From an uncultured Planctomycetaceae bacterium (lineage in GTDB: Bacteria; Planctomycetota; Planctomycetia; Planctomycetales; Planctomycetaceae), in contig CAXBME010000013.1 of the NCBI GenBank assembly GCA_963976765.1, positions 62,001 to 126,000 of the forward strand: a stretch of 64,000 nucleotides of DNA. The letters run 5' to 3'. This document shows, piece after piece, positions 52,927 through 63,097 of this stretch; within the stretch, counting starts at the first letter, position 1; each line of letters opens with the position of its first letter. The position numbers and the translations under genes were made by a program. The notes below the pieces were generated by a model. It saw only the letters and a list, made by a program, of their open reading frames with translations, was not told the origin of the DNA and searched no databases.

Positions 52927-53805
52927 ATGAAATTTCGAGATCGCTGGCATTTGTTGGCTCAATTCACCGTTGGGATGGCAGCTTGCTTTTTGGGTCTGTC
53001 ATGCGAATCAAGTTTCGAAGAGCCGACGAAACGAACAGATGAGGACCATTTTTCTGCGCGTGGCGGGCAAGCGGAAAGCACACTTTTTGCCTATGAGGCT
53101 TTCGATGAAGTCACAGGCCAGCCGAGCGACAAGGGTTTAAGTTTTGGCTGGAGTGGATGCTGGCAGTTTGCGTGTGATAGCGGCGCGGAGGAGCTCCAAT
53201 TTGTGGATGCTCCAAGTGATTTCCAATTCGGGGAACCTGTGCGGAAGCGCTGCGTGTTGGAACTTGCAAACGGAGCATCCGTCCGAAGTCAGTTCGACGA
53301 ACCAATTATTCTTGGAGATACGGACAAAGTATGCATCAGTTTTCTAGCTCAGGGAGCTCCAGTCGAAAAAGGAAAAAGAGGGCAACTGAGAGTGACTTTG
53401 GAGCCGAGCGATCCTGCCCGATTGATAAAGGATAAGTGTTTTTCTTTTGGCTTCTATGGACAAGGTGATCCATACATCGTGGATGAAGGTCTTTCCATGG
53501 GACGCCTTCAACTCTCGAATGATGAGGTTCGTCTTTGCGTGGTGACAATTCTGCGACGAGATCAGTGTGTATGGGCGCTGATGAAGATCTTTACTAAGCG
53601 TGAGCCAATTGTAGAACCACCGTTAAATGGCAGGACGATCTTGGCAAGAGACTGGACCGTGTTGACGACAGGAAATTGTTTCGCACAGGCTGACGTGGCA
53701 AGTATTCGACTTTCCACTGGAGTAGATGCTCTGTGGCATATCGACGACCTGAGAATTGGTCGTGACTGGAACTCAGTCACTGAGGCATTCAATGTCGAAA
53801 AGTGA
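52927..53805 (+). CDS. Hypothetical putative lipoprotein with beta-sandwich domain; atypical composition
   Basis: Lipobox-like LGLS-C; FAYEAFD...GWSGCW...IDDLRIGRDWNSVT; visibly more A/T-rich than its flanks. Confidence 0.6.
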   Translation: MKFRDRWHLLAQFTVGMAACFLGLSCESSFEEPTKRTDEDHFSARGGQAESTLFAYEAFDEVTGQPSDKGLSFGWSGCWQFACDSGAEELQFVDAPSDFQFGEPVRKRCVLELANGASVRSQFDEPIILGDTDKVCISFLAQGAPVEKGKRGQLRVTLEPSDPARLIKDKCFSFGFYGQGDPYIVDEGLSMGRLQLSNDEVRLCVVTILRRDQCVWALMKIFTKREPIVEPPLNGRTILARDWTVLTTGNCFAQADVASIRLSTGVDALWHIDDLRIGRDWNSVTEAFNVEK

Positions 53806-53806
53806 T

Positions 53807-53864
53807 GTCGGCTGGGACGTGTCCCAGCAATGCTGTGCCGATGCTGGGTCGAGACCCAGCCTAC
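53807..53864. repeat. GTAG-family REP doublet (REPIN-like)
   Basis: GTCG-GCTGGGACGTGTCCCAGC ... GCTGGGTCGAGACCCAGC-CTAC: two inverted hairpin REP units. Confidence 0.7.
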
Positions 53865-53886
53865 GCGCCCTGATGCACAAAACTGA

Positions 53887-54900
53887 TCAACTCTTGTTGA
53901 ACACTTTGGCGGCGTGGACGGTGTTCTGGCAGGCGGCTCCGGATTCGATTTCGGCGATGTTCGAGAGGGTTGTGGCGGCGATTTGTTCCATGGCTTCTTT
54001 GGTGAAGAAGGCCTGGTGGCCGGTGACCAGGACGTTGGGGAAGGTCAGCAGGCGGGCGAAGACGTCGTCGTGGATGACCTGGCTGGACAGGTCTTCGAAG
54101 AACAGGTCGGCTTCTTCTTCGTAGACGTCGATGGCCAGGCCTCCGACGTGACCGGTTTTCAGCGCGGCGATCACGGCGTCGGTGTCGACGATGCCGCCTC
54201 GGCTGGTGTTGAGCAGAACGACTCCCTGCTTCATCTGGCCAATGGATTCTGAATCGATCAGGTGGTGCGTTTCCGGGGTCAACGGGCAGTGCAGAGAGAT
54301 CACGTCGGACTTCTCAAACAGCTCGTTCAAAGACACCGACCGAGCACCGATCTGCTCGACTTCGGAATTTTCGCAGACGTCGTACGTGAGCACTTCGCAG
54401 CCGAAGCCCTTCAGGATCTGGGCGACCAGAATTCCGATCCGCCCCGTGCCGATGATGCCGGCCGTCTTGCCGTGCAGGTCAAAACCCATCAGCCCGTTCA
54501 GTGAGAAGTTGCCTTCACGGACTCGCGAGAAGGCTCGGTGGATTCGCCGATTCAGAGCCAGTAGAAGTGCGACGGTGTGTTCCGCAACGGCGTGCGGCGA
54601 ATAAGCGGGCACTCGGACAACTTGAACGCCAAGCCTCGCTGCCGCAGGCAGATCAACATTATTGAAGCCGGCGCAACGAAGAGCGACGACTTTCAGACCA
54701 TGCGCGGCCAGGTCCGTTAATGTTGCCTCGTCCACAACATCGTTGACGAAAACGCAGACGGCGGGAAAGCCGCGAGCCAGCGGTGCTGAAGCTTCGGTGA
54801 GTCGTGCTTCGAAAAACTCCAGCGAATGCTCATGACAATCGTTGGCTGCGTTGAGGTATTCCTGGTCGTACTTCTTTGTGCTGAAAACTGCGACTCTCAT
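53887..54900 (-). CDS. ldhA: D-lactate dehydrogenase / D-2-hydroxyacid dehydrogenase
   Basis: [57 protein letters not shown]. Confidence 0.92.
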   Translation of the reverse strand: MRVAVFSTKKYDQEYLNAANDCHEHSLEFFEARLTEASAPLARGFPAVCVFVNDVVDEATLTDLAAHGLKVVALRCAGFNNVDLPAAARLGVQVVRVPAYSPHAVAEHTVALLLALNRRIHRAFSRVREGNFSLNGLMGFDLHGKTAGIIGTGRIGILVAQILKGFGCEVLTYDVCENSEVEQIGARSVSLNELFEKSDVISLHCPLTPETHHLIDSESIGQMKQGVVLLNTSRGGIVDTDAVIAALKTGHVGGLAIDVYEEEADLFFEDLSSQVIHDDVFARLLTFPNVLVTGHQAFFTKEAMEQIAATTLSNIAEIESGAACQNTVHAAKVFNKS

Positions 54901-54953
54901 GGCGGTGACTCTCCTTTGGCAATCTCAATACCGGTCCGTGACCTGCTTCTGAA

Positions 54954-55934
54954 CTACGAAAAAGAGAAAACATTCTCAGCGGTTTTGCGGAGCAGCCATT
55001 GTTTGTCGGATTCGGTCAGGAAGTCGATGCGGTCAGTGATCAACGAGATCGAAGCTTCGTAGCTGTTTCCGTCGTTGAGCTGGTACGGGCAGTCGCTGGC
55101 CCACATCAGACGTTCGGGGCCGAAGGTGTCGTAGAGGCGTTTGATCATGGGGACGAGGTCATCGTGCGGCGGCTTCTTTTTGCCAAGGGCGTAGTACGCT
55201 GAGATTTTGACGTGCGTCTTTTTGTGTTTCGCAATGACGCACAGGTTGTCGAGATCCTTCTTACGGATCTTCCCGTCGATGCCGACGCGGGCGAAGTGGT
55301 CGATGACGGCTGGCGTGTCGGGGTGCTTTCGGCACATCGCATCGAAGGCGGGCAGGTCAGACGGATTGATAAGACCGCACATCGCCTGTCCGGTTTCGGC
55401 AGCAGTCTCCCACATTTCGGCCATGCCGGGAGTGTCCAGCCAGTCTGCTCCCAGACGTGACGGAGTGATGCGAAACCCGGTGACGCCGGTCCTGTGCAGC
55501 GCTCGCATGGTATTTCCGGAACCCGGCTTTCGAGAATCCACCATGCCGACGACGCGGTAACGATCCGGGTGAGCCTTCCAGTTATCAACGAGGTACGAAT
55601 TGTCGAAACCGTGGTAGACGTTGTGCTGAATCAGGACGACTCGCCGAACGCCGACAGGGCGAGCGATCGCCATCAGTTCTTCCCCGGTGAAACTCGGCGG
55701 TGCCAGGTCAGCGACGGTCTTCCCCGGTTCAAGCGGGTACTTGTCGACGGTTGGCGGCCAGATGTGAGAATGTGCGTCGATCCAGCCAGCGTCTTTGTCA
55801 GAAGTAACTTTGTCAGATTCGGCGGCGGTGAGACTTCCAGGAAGAGCGGCGACTCCAGCCACCGTGGCTGCCGTTGTCATGAGCATCTCCCGGCGTGTGA
55901 TATTCGGACGAGTGAAGATTGACTGGCTGTTCAT
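54954..55934 (-). CDS. Tat-exported amidohydrolase_2 family protein
   Basis: TRREML Tat motif, IDAHSHIW, IDHFA, VKIS, LMWASDCP; start set to ATG 55934. Confidence 0.88.
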   Translation of the reverse strand: MNSQSIFTRPNITRREMLMTTAATVAGVAALPGSLTAAESDKVTSDKDAGWIDAHSHIWPPTVDKYPLEPGKTVADLAPPSFTGEELMAIARPVGVRRVVLIQHNVYHGFDNSYLVDNWKAHPDRYRVVGMVDSRKPGSGNTMRALHRTGVTGFRITPSRLGADWLDTPGMAEMWETAAETGQAMCGLINPSDLPAFDAMCRKHPDTPAVIDHFARVGIDGKIRKKDLDNLCVIAKHKKTHVKISAYYALGKKKPPHDDLVPMIKRLYDTFGPERLMWASDCPYQLNDGNSYEASISLITDRIDFLTESDKQWLLRKTAENVFSFS

Positions 55935-56069
55935 CGGGCAGACTCCGGTTGCAGTGGCGGGAACTGATATCGTACGCGGCGCGGTGAGAACCGTCGGGTA
56001 GTCATTCTTTCCGGTTCCCGATCCCTCGGCAAGCTGATGTCTGTGAAGCATCGACAGGCAGGAGCTGGC

Positions 56070-56549
56070 CTACCCAGGCAGCCATTGCTCGACAATGTCG
56101 ACGACCTCATCTGATTCGAGCGTTTCATGAGCCAGCAGGTGGTCGGCAAGGGCAGCCAGTGCTGACCAGAAATTGTCACCGTTGAGCAGTCGATAGAGGT
56201 CGGCGGAAGTTTGTTCGAGGAACGTCAGTCGCTTTTTCTGATCTGGATGAATCGACGCAGCGGCTTGCCAGGCTTCGGCCCAGTCGGCTGCCCATTCAGA
56301 AACCATGCCGGGGTGAAACGCGTCGCCGGTGTAGAGCATCTCGGCGACCGGCCCGGCCAGCGCGACGAGGATTCGTTTTTCGCAATACTCGCGTTCCGAC
56401 AGCCCTGCAGTATCCCAGAAAATCTGCGTATCGCCGAACCGTTTCGGACCATCGTCCCAGTCCGGGTCGACGGTTACCGAGTGAACTTCCGCTCCAACGT
56501 GCACCGCCATCAACGCATGGCCGGATTCGTGGTAAGCGGTGATTTCCAT
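56070..56549 (-). CDS. Stand-alone peptidase M41 (FtsH protease-domain)-like protein
   Basis: TAYHESGHA (HExxH), LAGPVAE, ALADHLLAHETL. Confidence 0.75.
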   Translation of the reverse strand: MEITAYHESGHALMAVHVGAEVHSVTVDPDWDDGPKRFGDTQIFWDTAGLSEREYCEKRILVALAGPVAEMLYTGDAFHPGMVSEWAADWAEAWQAAASIHPDQKKRLTFLEQTSADLYRLLNGDNFWSALAALADHLLAHETLESDEVVDIVEQWLPG

Positions 56550-56860
56550 GGAGCGGTTGTTTCTTTGGTCAGAATCGTGATAAACGTGGCATGTTTGAAT
56601 TAAGGAACAGCTGATCCGCAGGTTGCCTCGTGGATGACTTTCCAATCAGCCTCAAAGTTCACAGCGCGGCTAATACTGCAATGATTCATCAGGCACGAAT
56701 GGTACTGACTTTTCACAGACGGCGATGGACACCACAGTAAAGCATTCATGTTTAACCGTGTAATTCATGGTTCTCTTTTTCGTGTGATTCCATATTTTCT
56801 ATGGTTGATCTCAACTGTTCCACAAGGACTCCGTTCGAATTGAGGCTGTCGTTACAACCG

Positions 56861-59206
56861 ATGACAAAGTTCAGAACAATAGTCGCCCTGCTTTCTCTGC
56901 TGCTCCTGCAGTTGGTCGACGCTCGGGCCGGGGATGACGACAAGGGAACCGTGTTCTTCGAAAAGAAGATCCGACCGTTGCTCATCAGGCATTGCTACGA
57001 GTGTCACTCGGAAGAAGCCGGTGAACGTCAAGGCGGCCTGCTGCTGGATCGTCGTTCCGGCTGGCTCGAAGGTGGAGATACCAACAAGGCCGTGATTCCC
57101 GGCGAGCCGGATGCTTCGTTGCTGATCAGGGCCGTGCGGTATGCCGACGAAAATCTGCAGATGCCGCCGGAAGAAAAACTGAAACCTGAGCAGATCAAAC
57201 TGCTGGAGCAGTGGGTGAGGTTTGGGGCTCCGGGACCGAAGATCGATCTCGGCGATTCTGAATTCTCGCGGCTCGGTGACCAGGAACATCTCTTCGAACA
57301 GGCAGAAAATCACTGGGCATTTCAACCTGTCAACGCGACGACTCCGCCGGAAGCGGCACGTCAGGACTGGAACGAAAATGCGATCGACCAGTTTGTCTTC
57401 GCGAAGCTCGCCGCCGCAGGCCTGAAACCGTCGGCAGAAGCTGATTCTCGAACGCTGATTCGACGATTGACTTACGACCTGAATGGTTTGCCGCCGACGA
57501 TGGGCGATGTCGACCAGTTTGTCGAAGCTGCCGCGACAGACAGGCCGACCGCAATCCGTGAAGCTGTTGACCGGCTTATCAATTCTAAAAACTTCGGCGA
57601 GCACCTCGGTCGAATGTGGCTGGACGTGGCTCGGTACGCGGATACTGACAGTGCCTACCGACCCGACACGAGGACTCCGCATTACTTCCCGTTTGCTTTT
57701 ACCTGGCGAGACTACGTTGTCGATTCGTTGAACAGTGACAAGCCGTTTGACGATTTCGTAAAAGAGCAGTTTGCCGCGGACCTGATCGGTTTCAAACCGG
57801 GCGATGCCGAGATGGCGGCTCTTGGATTTCTCGCTGGCGGACCGTTTGCCAACCGCGATCCACTGGAATCGCTCGACGACCTGATCGATGTAACGACGCG
57901 CGGTTTGCTGGGCGTCACCGCTGCGTGTGCTCGTTGTCACGATCATAAGTACGAGCCGATTCCGACCAAAGACTACTACTCGTTGCGAGGCATCTTCGCG
58001 TCGCTGGTTCGTGTAGACCCGCTCGATGAAAAGAAGCAACCACTGGTGCCCGGCTACGAGCCGACCGAAGCAGAACTCGCCGACTACGAAGCGAAGCGTG
58101 CCGCCATTGAGGCGAAGGTTACGAAGGCCGGAAACAGCAAAGCGAAGAACAACAACCGTTCGATCTCACAGAAGATTCGCGAGACGGAACTGGCCGAACT
58201 GTTGCTGTTCAATCATGGAGCGCCGGCCCGAGCCATGAGAGTGATGGAGCGTCCGAAACCGCTGGAGCCCGTCGTGTTTATCCGGGGTGATGCCGGCAAC
58301 CCTGGGGAACGAGTCCCTCGCCGATTTCTGAAGATCATTGATGCTGAGCAGAATCCGTTTCCCGATAACTCAAGTGGGAGGCTGCAACTCGCTGAGAAGA
58401 TCGTCGATCCGACAAACCCTCTGACGGCTCGCGTTTTTGTGAACCGTGTCTGGGGTTACCTGATGGGTTCACACATCGTCGACACGCCGTCGGATTTTGG
58501 TCTGCAAGGTTCGCCGCCGACGCATCCGGAACTGCTGGACTGGCTGGCCGTGGACTTCGTCGCGAACGACTGGTCGATCAAACATCTGGTTCGAACAATC
58601 GTTCTGACACAGACTTATCAGCAGAGCAGCGACTACCGCGAGAAGGCCGCCAGTGTTGACTCTCAGAACCGACTCCTGTGGCGGGCTAACCGGAAGCATC
58701 TTTCGATCGAGGCGATTCGCGACAGCCTGCTGACTGTATCGAAGCAGCTTGACTCGACGCCTCGTGGGCGAGCTGGGCAACTCTGGTCCGAAGGGTACAC
58801 TCGCCGACGAGCCATTTATGGATACATCAATCGGTTTAATCTTGATCCAACGTTGCGGGCATTTGACTTTCCGACTCCGCTGCAAAGCCAGTCGAAGCGA
58901 GGCGAAAGCATCGTCGCGCCGCAGACTCTGTTCACGATGAATGCTCCTTTCGTCATCGACCAAACGGTGGCGATTACGGAGACATCCGAATTTCGAGAAT
59001 GCACGACGGACGAAGAACGCGTCGCCGCCTTGTTTGAATTGATCTTCCAGCGAATTCCCGCGCCGCTGGAAACCGAACGCGTTTTGAAGTTCGTCGAGCT
59101 TCAATCTCGATTCACCACGCCGAACGATTTGAAACGACGAGCATCCACGTGGCCACTCGTTGCCCAGTCGCTGATGATGAGCAACGAGTTTCAATACGTT
59201 GACTGA
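56861..59206 (+). CDS. Planctomycete cytochrome c / DUF1549 / DUF1553 (PSD1) protein
   Basis: FFEKKIRPLL...CYECHS, HWAFQP, CARCHDHK, NPLTARVFVNRVW, HPELLDWLA; start set to ATG 56861. Confidence 0.92.
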   Translation: MTKFRTIVALLSLLLLQLVDARAGDDDKGTVFFEKKIRPLLIRHCYECHSEEAGERQGGLLLDRRSGWLEGGDTNKAVIPGEPDASLLIRAVRYADENLQMPPEEKLKPEQIKLLEQWVRFGAPGPKIDLGDSEFSRLGDQEHLFEQAENHWAFQPVNATTPPEAARQDWNENAIDQFVFAKLAAAGLKPSAEADSRTLIRRLTYDLNGLPPTMGDVDQFVEAAATDRPTAIREAVDRLINSKNFGEHLGRMWLDVARYADTDSAYRPDTRTPHYFPFAFTWRDYVVDSLNSDKPFDDFVKEQFAADLIGFKPGDAEMAALGFLAGGPFANRDPLESLDDLIDVTTRGLLGVTAACARCHDHKYEPIPTKDYYSLRGIFASLVRVDPLDEKKQPLVPGYEPTEAELADYEAKRAAIEAKVTKAGNSKAKNNNRSISQKIRETELAELLLFNHGAPARAMRVMERPKPLEPVVFIRGDAGNPGERVPRRFLKIIDAEQNPFPDNSSGRLQLAEKIVDPTNPLTARVFVNRVWGYLMGSHIVDTPSDFGLQGSPPTHPELLDWLAVDFVANDWSIKHLVRTIVLTQTYQQSSDYREKAASVDSQNRLLWRANRKHLSIEAIRDSLLTVSKQLDSTPRGRAGQLWSEGYTRRRAIYGYINRFNLDPTLRAFDFPTPLQSQSKRGESIVAPQTLFTMNAPFVIDQTVAITETSEFRECTTDEERVAALFELIFQRIPAPLETERVLKFVELQSRFTTPNDLKRRASTWPLVAQSLMMSNEFQYVD

Positions 59207-59227
59207 AGTCGTTTCTGAATCAGAGTT

Positions 59228-59288
59228 GCCACAGAGAGCACAGAGGACACAGAGTTTGTATGAAGCATTCTCTGAGTCCTTTGTGGCA
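59228..59288. repeat. Periodic palindromic intergenic element (CACAGAG x3, 9-nt period)
   Basis: CACAGAG at 59230, 59239 and 59248 with inverse CTCTGAG/CTTTGTGGC. Confidence 0.7.
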
Positions 59289-59326
59289 GACAAAATTTGT
59301 TACTACCTGCCTGACTGAGTTTTCTG

Positions 59327-60787
59327 ATGAATCCGCAACATCTTTCCAATCAATGGCACGGCTGGTCTCGTCGCGAGTTGCTTGAAAGCAGCGGACTTGG
59401 TCTGGGGTCACTGGCGCTGTCCGGATTGCTCGCCAATGATGGCGAGGCTGTTGCTGCACCCGCTCGGCGTGAAAAATCAATCTCGCCGCTCGTGGCCAGC
59501 GCTCCACATCATCCGCCGAAAGCGAAGCGGATTATCCATCTCTTTATGAACGGAGGCCCGTCGCAGTTCGACACATTTTATCCAAAACCGGAAGTTCAAC
59601 GGCTCAGCGGCGAGCCTCTGCCGAAGTCGATCAGCGATCAGTTGCAGCCGACTCAGCGGAATCGTGTCGGTGTTCTGTTCGGGTCGCCGTTCAAGTTTCA
59701 AAAGTACGGCGAATGCGGGCAGCCGGTCAGCGAACTGTTTCCCAACGTTGCTCGACACGTCGATGACCTTTGCATCGTTCGATCCATGCAGGGTGAAATT
59801 GCGAATCACACTCCGGGGCTGCTGCTGACAAACTGCGGGCATTCAACGCTGCCTCGCCCGTCGATTGGTTCATGGATGCTGTACGGGTTGGGGAATGAGA
59901 GCGACGAACTGCCCGGCTTCGTCGTGCTGTGTCCGAAAGGTTTACCGACGGCTCAATCAACCAACTGGACGAGCGCGTTCCTGCCGGGCATTTATCAGGG
60001 AACGCACATCGACACGGAAACTTCCGGCAGAGAACTGATTCCGAATCTGACTCGCGATGACATTCGAACGGGCTCACAGCGCGCTCAAGTCGCACTGACG
60101 CAGTTTCTGAATCGTCGACACATGAATCTGCGACCGGGGGACGAACGGCTCGACAGCCGCATTCACACGATGGAACTGGCATTCAGAATGCAGACGGCAG
60201 GGACTGACGCGTTTGATCTTCAGCAGGAACCTCAGCACATCCGCGAGGCGTACGGAGACACGGTCCAGGGACGCAACATGCTGATCGCTCGGCGGCTTTC
60301 TGAACGAGGGGTGCGTTACGTGCAGATCTATCACGGAGCCGGTCAGCCCTGGGATAATCACGGAGCAATCGTGCCTCGCATCACGCAGCTCTGCCGGGAA
60401 TCCGATCAGCCGATCGCGGCGCTGCTTTCCGATCTGAAGCAACGCGGCATGCTGGAAGACACGCTGGTTATCTGGGGCGGTGAAATGGGCCGTACTCCGA
60501 CGACACAGTCCGGTTCAAAAGACCTCAACAAGGTTGGCCGCGATCATCACATCGATGGTTACACCATGTGGATGGCCGGAGGCGGAATTCGACCGGGCAT
60601 GACGTACGGTTCGACTGATGACTTCGGGATGGCGGTTGCGGAAAACAAAGTTGACCTGCACGACCTGCACGCAACGATTCTGCACCTGATGGGCTTCGAC
60701 CATCGCCAGCTGACCTACCGCTACTCAGGCCGGGACTTTCGCCTGACCGACGTCCACGGTCGAGTCATCGACGATATTCTCGCCTGA
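59327..60787 (+). CDS. DUF1501 domain protein (Tat-exported)
   Basis: SRRELL, PKAKRIIHLFMNGGPSQFDTF, WDNH, GEMGRTP, GRDHH. Confidence 0.92.
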   Translation: MNPQHLSNQWHGWSRRELLESSGLGLGSLALSGLLANDGEAVAAPARREKSISPLVASAPHHPPKAKRIIHLFMNGGPSQFDTFYPKPEVQRLSGEPLPKSISDQLQPTQRNRVGVLFGSPFKFQKYGECGQPVSELFPNVARHVDDLCIVRSMQGEIANHTPGLLLTNCGHSTLPRPSIGSWMLYGLGNESDELPGFVVLCPKGLPTAQSTNWTSAFLPGIYQGTHIDTETSGRELIPNLTRDDIRTGSQRAQVALTQFLNRRHMNLRPGDERLDSRIHTMELAFRMQTAGTDAFDLQQEPQHIREAYGDTVQGRNMLIARRLSERGVRYVQIYHGAGQPWDNHGAIVPRITQLCRESDQPIAALLSDLKQRGMLEDTLVIWGGEMGRTPTTQSGSKDLNKVGRDHHIDGYTMWMAGGGIRPGMTYGSTDDFGMAVAENKVDLHDLHATILHLMGFDHRQLTYRYSGRDFRLTDVHGRVIDDILA

Positions 60788-60884
60788 GTCCTTGCCGGAA
60801 CGCAGCAGGGTGCGTCTCGGGGAAACTGTGCAGGTCAGGCACTGTCTGGGGCAGGCACTGTCTGAAGGAGTCAACCGTGGAATT

Positions 60885-60956
60885 AACCACGGAAGGAACG
60901 GAAAACACGGAACATGCTTCCCGGGTTTTCCTCGCCATTTCGTGACTTTCGTGGTT
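60885..60956. repeat. Periodic palindromic intergenic element (CACGGAA x3, 9-nt period)
   Basis: AACCACGGAA, AACGGAA, CACGGAA followed by inverse TTCGTG...TTCGTGGTT. Confidence 0.65.
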
Positions 60957-61942
60957 CAAACGATGTGACATTTATCAGTAGACGAGCCGTTGAGAACATC
61001 GAGGATCAGCTGCCGAAGAGACTCCTGTTCTCGCTGCGGCGTGAACTGCGGGGCGAGATTCTGAATGTGTGACCTCAGCGAGTTGTAAAATTTTCCATCG
61101 CGCTCGCAGCGGTACATCAGGTCTGCGAGTTGCTTCGTCGCTCCGAAATCGAAATAGCCGGGATAGTCCTCTCCCAAAAGCCCGATCGATCCGGAGATTC
61201 TGGACGCGAGAATCGGAACCGACGCGGCGATGGCTTCGGAGATGACGTTGGCTCCGCCTTCCATCTTTGATGAGAGAACGAGCAGCCGACTGCGTGCCAG
61301 CAGCCTGCGGGCTCTTGCGTTTGAGACTTCGCCGAGCCATCTGTATCGGTCGTTGCGGGCCACTTCGGCGATCGCTCGGCGCTGCATACCTGGGATCAGT
61401 GCCGAGCCGATGTGGGTGATCTGAATCTTCGAATCGTCGGGAAGCTGGCGGGATGCCAGGGCTGTTCGGAACGGATCTTTGACCGGTCGCAAATGTCCCG
61501 AGACACAGATTTCAAAGTCTCGCTTCAGTGGCTGAGGTCGGTGGTTCGGTGGCTCTGCTGACTGAACAATGACACGAACTCTTGAATGCAGATTATCTGG
61601 CAGCTCGTGAATCCCGTGGCTTTGCAAAAGCACGATGCGGTTTGCTCTGTTCAGTGAATCCGCTGCTGACTTGTTCCGATGGAGATCTCGATAGAGATCC
61701 GTGCCGGTCAGCAGGAGCACGATCGGAGTTTCCGGTTCCGAGTTGAAACAACGTTCGATGGATCGCGCACTCTTGCGAGCGTGAAATGCGATCAGAACAT
61801 CGCAACGCTGGCTGGTGAACTCTTCTGCGATGATGACAGCATGTCCGCTGGCTTTGAGGAGTCGCGACCATCGGCTGGCGGTGACGCGGTTCCCCTTGCG
61901 GGATCCCTTTGGAGCCGGAGTGACGATCAGGATTCGAGCCAC
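60956..61942 (-). CDS. senB: SenB-type (TIGR04348) glycosyltransferase / selenosugar synthase homologue
   Basis: IVTPAPKGSRKGNRVTASRW, FHARKS, LTGTDLYRD, GHLRPVKDPF, SSKMEGGANVISEA, GLLGEDYPGYF. Confidence 0.8.
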   Translation of the reverse strand: MARILIVTPAPKGSRKGNRVTASRWSRLLKASGHAVIIAEEFTSQRCDVLIAFHARKSARSIERCFNSEPETPIVLLLTGTDLYRDLHRNKSAADSLNRANRIVLLQSHGIHELPDNLHSRVRVIVQSAEPPNHRPQPLKRDFEICVSGHLRPVKDPFRTALASRQLPDDSKIQITHIGSALIPGMQRRAIAEVARNDRYRWLGEVSNARARRLLARSRLLVLSSKMEGGANVISEAIAASVPILASRISGSIGLLGEDYPGYFDFGATKQLADLMYRCERDGKFYNSLRSHIQNLAPQFTPQREQESLRQLILDVLNGSSTDKCHIV

Positions 61943-61986
61943 GGTCGTCGTCCGCCTTCATTCAAAAGTCGCGGCAAGTTGCTCAT

Positions 61987-62823
61987 TCAGTTCCAGCGAG
62001 GGATATCTCGTTGAGCTTGTTCGAGCTGGCTGGTGAGAAATTCCCGATCTTCATTCGGGCATGTGTTCAAGAGCGACTTTAGAAGTCTTGCCGCCGTTGC
62101 CGAGTGTTGAGCTTTGAACGCGATCAGGGCCAGGTCGCGCCGCAGTGGATAGCTGGCCGGGCTGATGGCGACCAGCCGGTTCTGCACAGTCCAGGCGGAC
62201 GACCAGTCTTCGTTGCTGGCGTACAGGGTGCAGAGGTTGTTCAACATTCGAATGACGATGGTTCGGTCGTCAGCCGGTTGCAGGCTTCGTTCAACCTGCT
62301 CGGGGCGCATTCGGGTCAGATCGCAAAGCCAGTCGACCGTTTCCTCCTCGGTCAGCAAACGACCGCCGGAATATCCGTCGAGGAAGACTCGCCCGGTCAC
62401 CGTTTCGGCCATCGTCAGGAAATGCAGCGGCGACGAGATTCCGGAAAGCGTCAGACCAAGTCGCTCGGCCACTTCCATGTAAAGTAGCGATAGACTGATG
62501 GGGATCCCCTGACCGGTTTCGATGACTCGATTCAGGAAACTGCCGTCGGCGTTGCGGTAGGCTGCTTCCGACCCCGTCACTTCGTGGTCGATCGAGATTG
62601 ATTGAGCCAGCGTTTCCAGTTGCTCCTGTACGGAATGCATTCCTCGGAAGTGGCCAGTCAGTTCCTGCCGCCGCTGATCGAACCAGTTCAGCGTTCTGAC
62701 AAAGTCGAGTTCCGGATAAGCGTCTCGGGCGATTTCAAGATTGATCATCGTCAGGCTGCACGGTTTTCGCGCAAGCAATCGCTGGAAATGTTCGTCTCTT
62801 GAAAAATCGACTTCGGAATTCAT
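61987..62823 (-). CDS. SirB1 family protein (Transglut_core2 + TPR)
   Basis: EIARDAYPELD, SFLNRVIETGQGIPISLSLLY, HFL, RMLNNL, TPR tail; start set to ATG 62823. Confidence 0.85.
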   Translation of the reverse strand: MNSEVDFSRDEHFQRLLARKPCSLTMINLEIARDAYPELDFVRTLNWFDQRRQELTGHFRGMHSVQEQLETLAQSISIDHEVTGSEAAYRNADGSFLNRVIETGQGIPISLSLLYMEVAERLGLTLSGISSPLHFLTMAETVTGRVFLDGYSGGRLLTEEETVDWLCDLTRMRPEQVERSLQPADDRTIVIRMLNNLCTLYASNEDWSSAWTVQNRLVAISPASYPLRRDLALIAFKAQHSATAARLLKSLLNTCPNEDREFLTSQLEQAQRDIPRWN

Positions 62824-63097
62824 GTTCCAACCGGATTCGCGAAGAGGTCGCCGGGGCGGCGGCCGATTGATCGTGCAGCCGTAATTGCCAGAACCAGCGT
62901 GTGCCAATGCCGTTTTCAGCGACGCGGGTCGGGGGATCGTAGCGACGGTATTTTTTTTTGGGTACCTTGTCCGAACTCACGATGAGTCTTCCGGATCTGT
63001 TAGTGAGTCCGTCGAGCAAATACTTCGACGTAACTGTTCAGGAATTCAAAACCCGTTTCGATTCGGTCGTTCAAGTGCCGGATTCTGGAGTCAAGTG

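Noticed and set aside
59228..59288. Short periodic repeats as a CRISPR array
   Set aside because: Units are 7-9 nt with no unique spacers, and no cas genes are present
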